DNA of 64,000 bases, taken from IMG/VR virus record IMGVR_UViG_3300003873_000004, positions 31,269-95,268 of that record. The stretch is one strand, 5' to 3'. A model generated the notes under the pieces. It was not told the DNA's origin. It searched no databases and saw only the letters and a program-made list of their open reading frames with translations. Position 1 is the first letter of the stretch, and every line of letters starts with the position of its first letter. Positions 59,887 through 64,000 of this stretch are shown piece after piece. A program made the position numbers and the translations under genes. This stretch comes from a virus.

Positions 59887-60909
59887 ATGTTAAATGACCA
59901 AAAATACCTTGGAATGCTGTCTAGTAGACTTCGAAACTATTCAAAGAAAGACTCTAGACTGTATAACTTCTCGTGTCCGTTATGTGGAGATTCGACTTCC
60001 GACAAGAAGAAAGCTAGAGCGTATTGCATGCCAAAGAAGAAAGGAACAGGTCTATACTTCTTTTGTCACAAGTGTAACGAGGCCATGCCCTTCGGATTAT
60101 TACTCAAGAGAATAGATAATCTTCTCTACAAAGAATACCAAAAGGAACGAATTGGCTCCAGATATTCTAACAAGCCAAAAGAGATCGAAGTTCCGAAATT
60201 CAACAACATGAAAAAGACATTAGAAGTAGTTTCATCAAACTCTAGCGTTTTTGATGATCTTCAAGATATGTCAAAGATGCCAAGAAAGGTTGCTGAATAT
60301 TTGATCAACCGTAAAATACCTCTAGACAAACTCTGGAAGTATTTCTACTATGCTGATGATTTCAAAAAAGTAGCTAATCAAATCTGTGCTGGAACCTTTT
60401 CTAAAGCTGCGCTAAAATATAAAGAATCCAGAATTGTGTTGACAATGTTAGACTCTTCTGCTAGAATTACTGGAATACAAGGTAGAACAATTGGAGAATC
60501 GTCTGCTAAATATATCACTATCAAACGCAGTGAATCAGCAAGAAAGATTTTTGGCTTAGACCAAATAAAATATAATCGGCCTGTCATAGTATTAGAAGGC
60601 CCGATCGACTCTTGTTTTCTTGATAATGCGATAGGTGTTTGTGGTGCTGATTTAGTTAGTCAAGTGGAAGGGTTAAATATCAATCCAATTTTCTGTTTTG
60701 ACAATGAACCATATTCGAAGATTATCACAAAGAAAGTATATCGAGCGATACAGCAAAATTATTATGTGGTTATCTACCCAAGAAACATAAAGCAGAAAGA
60801 CATAAACGAAATGGTCTTATCTGGCATAGATGTGTCTGATATGATAAAAAAACGAACATTCTCTGGTCTTAGAGCCAGGGCAGAATTTGCACAATGGAAG
60901 AGGACATGA
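59887..60909 (+). CDS. 61: DNA primase gp61
   Basis: CPLCGDS...CHKC zinc finger, QGR, EGPIDS, FDNE, KDINE. Confidence 0.95.
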   Translation: MLNDQKYLGMLSSRLRNYSKKDSRLYNFSCPLCGDSTSDKKKARAYCMPKKKGTGLYFFCHKCNEAMPFGLLLKRIDNLLYKEYQKERIGSRYSNKPKEIEVPKFNNMKKTLEVVSSNSSVFDDLQDMSKMPRKVAEYLINRKIPLDKLWKYFYYADDFKKVANQICAGTFSKAALKYKESRIVLTMLDSSARITGIQGRTIGESSAKYITIKRSESARKIFGLDQIKYNRPVIVLEGPIDSCFLDNAIGVCGADLVSQVEGLNINPIFCFDNEPYSKIITKKVYRAIQQNYYVVIYPRNIKQKDINEMVLSGIDVSDMIKKRTFSGLRARAEFAQWKRT

Positions 60910-61902
60910 ATGACGATACCTAATATTTTATCAAAGAATGAAACTTTTGAAGTACAATATCCGTGGGCTGACGAGTTTAGTGAAAAACAAGCCAACATAT
61001 TCTGGACAGCAACCGAAATCAATGTAGAGAAAGATAAACATTGTATTCTTGTTGATATGACCGAAGCAGAAAGAGAAGCGGTCATCGAAGTGTTGAAATT
61101 ATTTACCTTGTATGAAGTTAGAGCAGGCAGCGCATATTGGCTTGGCCGATATATGAGAACCTTTCAGAGACCAGAACTACAGAGAATGGCTGCTACATTT
61201 GGTTTCTTCGAGCTTGGGGTTCACAAGCCATTTTATATGAAACTCAATGAAGTTTTGTCTCTATCTGATGATGATTTCTTTCTAGCATATCATGAAGATG
61301 AAGAAATAAACGAACATATTTCCTTTATTGGTGATATGATCAAACATCAGAATCCTTTGATTTCAATGGCTGCCTTTTCTATGGTAGAAGGCGCGATTTT
61401 ATATTCTAGCTTTGGCTTTCTAAAACATTTTCAATCAGTTGGGAAGAATTTATTGATAAATGTGAATAGAGGAATTGCGTTCTCGGCAAGGGACGAAAAT
61501 TTGCATTCTGAAGCCGGCGCCAAAACTTTCACTGTGCTGAAAGATGAAATGAATTTATCGGAAGTAGACGCGGCAGGTCTCGAAGCGTCTGTGATTACTA
61601 TTGCCAAAACATTATGGAAACACGAAGAACTAATAGTCGATCGTATTTTCTCTCATGGTGAAATTTCTGGAATCACAAAAACACAGCTAAGAAATTTTGT
61701 TCAATCCAGAATCAATGTTTGCTTGAGAAATCTTGGATATAAGAATTTGTTCGATGTAAAATACAATCCTGTTGCTGATTGGTTCTATGACGGCATTACT
61801 GGATTTATGTTCAATGATACCTTTTCCGGTATTGGTAACTCATACACTCGAAATTGGGATGAAGAAGCATTTGTTTACGAAACTTTCTCGGAGGAAAAAT
61901 AA
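60910..61902 (+). CDS. nrdB: ribonucleotide reductase beta subunit
   Basis: FW...E, E..H..FY, EG..LYSSF, RDENLH. Confidence 0.93.
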   Translation: MTIPNILSKNETFEVQYPWADEFSEKQANIFWTATEINVEKDKHCILVDMTEAEREAVIEVLKLFTLYEVRAGSAYWLGRYMRTFQRPELQRMAATFGFFELGVHKPFYMKLNEVLSLSDDDFFLAYHEDEEINEHISFIGDMIKHQNPLISMAAFSMVEGAILYSSFGFLKHFQSVGKNLLINVNRGIAFSARDENLHSEAGAKTFTVLKDEMNLSEVDAAGLEASVITIAKTLWKHEELIVDRIFSHGEISGITKTQLRNFVQSRINVCLRNLGYKNLFDVKYNPVADWFYDGITGFMFNDTFSGIGNSYTRNWDEEAFVYETFSEEK

Positions 61903-64000
61903 TGTCGAAGTCATTATATACTAAATTATCAGAAGAACGAAAAAAGCAGCAAGAAGAAGGCACATTACCAGAATGGGTAACTACTGCTGGATTTCAGATG
62001 TTTTCTGATAGATATTTGTACGACGCTAACAATATGAAAGAACAGTTCGAACGTATTGCCAGCATAGCGGCTAAGCATCTACCAAAAGAACATCAGCAGA
62101 CAGCAAATGATAAATTCTTCGAACTGATGTGGAAGGGTTGGATGTCTTGTTCTACACCAGTTTTAGCCAATATGGGAACAAATCGAGGATTGCCTGTTGC
62201 ATGCAGCGGTGGCATTGTCGGAGACGAGATTTTTTCCATGTTCGAATCCGCTTTAGAAGCCGCCGTATTGACAAAGAATGGATTTGGTACTTCATCTTAT
62301 CTAGGCAACATTAGACCAAGAGGTGCCGCAATTTCGACTGGCGGCAAAGCATCTGGAGTTGTGCCAGTGTTTCGTCATTTTGTTTCTATTATGCGTGATG
62401 TATCACAAAGCGGTATTCGCCGAGGCTCTTGGGCCGGATATTTACCAATCGAACATGGAGATTTCGATGAACTTGCTGACTATGTTAAGGATAATCCCGA
62501 TGACGCTAATGTGGGCTGGAATATTTCTGACAATTTTATTGAAAAGTTGCAGAATCAAGACGAAGAAGCAACACGTCGTTTCAAGAAAGCTATGAAGATG
62601 AAGATGCTGACAGGCAAAGGATATTTCTTCTTCATCGATGAAGTGAACAGACAGAATCCTTATGCTTATACGAAGAACGGATTGACAGTAAAAGCGTCGA
62701 ATTTGTGTCTTGTTGGTGATACTAAAGTCAAAGTACGACAGAATAAAAAGAAATTTGAAATTGAATTATCTGAACTTGTATCACGATGGCAGGCGGGCGA
62801 AAAATTCAAGGTTTATTCTTGTGACATCAATACAAAGGAAGTTCGTTGGAACAAAGTCACTGATGCGGCTATGACAAATCCCGCCGCTAAAATTTACACA
62901 ATCACAGACCCACAGACAGGCAAAACAATTCGTTGTACTAGCGATCATAAAGTATATACGGTAAATCGTGGATATGTTAAAGCTACTAAATTGAAAACTA
63001 CTGATATTCTTTTACATTCTGATTTGTCTGAATATCAAGCAGGTATTACAATTTCTGGTGGAACAGATCTTGAACCCGTGTATGATATTACTGTAGAGAA
63101 TACACACAATTTCTTTGCTAGTGATATTCTTGTTCATAATTGTTCAGAAATCGCTCTATTCTCGGACAAAGATCATACATTCTCCTGTGTTTTATCGTCA
63201 ATGAATCTATCCAAGTATGATGAATGGAAAGATACTGATGCTGTTTTCTGGAGTACCGTATTTTTGGATTGTGTTTGCTCTGATTTCTTACAACGAGCAA
63301 AGACAATCAAAGGGCTGGAAAAAGTTGTTCGATGTACGGAGAAGGGAAGAGCGGTTGGACTTGGCGCTATGGGTTTACATACTCTATTCCAGAAGCGTGG
63401 AATACCATTCGAAGATATGCGAGCTTTTTTGCTCAACACTGAAATTTCCAAACATATTGAAGGGCACTCGAAAGAAGCTTCGATCTGGTTGGCAAAAGAA
63501 TTAGGAGAACCAGAGTGGTGTAAGGGATTGGGAATCAGAAATACTCATTTGACAGCAATCGCTCCAAATAAATCTACCGCTCTGTTGCTTGGTGGTATTT
63601 CAGAAGGAATCAATCCTGATCCTGCTATTGTGTACACTCAAATGACCGCCGCTGGTGAAGTATCGAGAATCAATTCTGTATTCCTAGAACTGATGAAAGA
63701 ACGAGGAAAATACAAGAAATCTATTGTGGCTGATATTTCCGATCACTTTGGTTCAGTGCAACATTTGGATTGGCTGACCGATGACGAAAAATTAGTGTTC
63801 AAGACTGCGTTCGAGATCAATCAGGAAACTATTATCAACATGGGCGCAGTTAGACAGAACTTTGTTGATCAAAGTCAATCTCTAAATTTGTTTTTCTCAG
63901 CAGAAGAGGACGAACGATGGATTTCTCATATTCACAAGCTTGCCTTCGAGAATAACATCAAGGCCCTTTATTACATCACGAGCCTTACTGGAGTAGAAAC
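61902..64000 (+). CDS. nrdA: ribonucleotide reductase alpha subunit with intein (runs off the window end)
   Basis: Manual translation MSKSLYTKLSEERK...STPVLAN...ASNL[intein]CSEI...AIAPN. Confidence 0.93.
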   Translation, partial: MSKSLYTKLSEERKKQQEEGTLPEWVTTAGFQMFSDRYLYDANNMKEQFERIASIAAKHLPKEHQQTANDKFFELMWKGWMSCSTPVLANMGTNRGLPVACSGGIVGDEIFSMFESALEAAVLTKNGFGTSSYLGNIRPRGAAISTGGKASGVVPVFRHFVSIMRDVSQSGIRRGSWAGYLPIEHGDFDELADYVKDNPDDANVGWNISDNFIEKLQNQDEEATRRFKKAMKMKMLTGKGYFFFIDEVNRQNPYAYTKNGLTVKASNLCLVGDTKVKVRQNKKKFEIELSELVSRWQAGEKFKVYSCDINTKEVRWNKVTDAAMTNPAAKIYTITDPQTGKTIRCTSDHKVYTVNRGYVKATKLKTTDILLHSDLSEYQAGITISGGTDLEPVYDITVENTHNFFASDILVHNCSEIALFSDKDHTFSCVLSSMNLSKYDEWKDTDAVFWSTVFLDCVCSDFLQRAKTIKGLEKVVRCTEKGRAVGLGAMGLHTLFQKRGIPFEDMRAFLLNTEISKHIEGHSKEASIWLAKELGEPEWCKGLGIRNTHLTAIAPNKSTALLLGGISEGINPDPAIVYTQMTAAGEVSRINSVFLELMKERGKYKKSIVADISDHFGSVQHLDWLTDDEKLVFKTAFEINQETIINMGAVRQNFVDQSQSLNLFFSAEEDERWISHIHKLAFENNIKALYYITSLTGVE
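62706..63140 (+). mobile_element. 145-aa mini-intein in NrdA
   Basis: CLVGDT...CTSDH...VYDITVENTHNFFASDILVHN|C; no endonuclease domain. Confidence 0.93.

Overview
A 64-kb slice of a large, AT-rich T4-like (Tevenvirinae-related) phage genome; the sigma70 promoters and an SspB-like gene suggest a proteobacterial host. It carries the T4 replication/recombination core (uvsW, uvsY, dda, 55, 47, 46, 45, 44, 62, regA, dUTPase, 1, 43, uvsX, 41, 61, nrdB, nrdA), an IS607 element, and a tRNA, a tmRNA and several unexplained structured RNAs. Three genes are interrupted by mobile elements: a CobS/MoxR AAA+ ATPase fractured by a split intein around a free-standing nuclease; a DNA polymerase split into 43A/43B by an antisense HNH gene, with a group I intron in 43B; and nrdA with a mini-intein. 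Most interesting: (1) about 15 ORFs with T4 capsid-targeting-like N-termini, including two T3-type SAM-lyase homologues and ligase-, kinase-, nucleotidyltransferase- and nuclease-like enzymes, possibly an injected counter-defence payload; (2) a 7-deazaguanine DNA-modification cluster (queD, queE, folE, dpdL-like, dpdA-like) with an embedded glycosyltransferase and no queC in the window; (3) late promoters placed exactly 5 nt before ATG, implying leaderless mRNAs; (4) two copies of a quasi-palindromic intergenic element rich in C-GNA-G mini-hairpins, beside dda and primase; (5) dispersed promoter cassettes. Several single-base frameshifts in short homopolymers look like sequencing errors. All family calls come from motif recognition by eye; no database searches were run.
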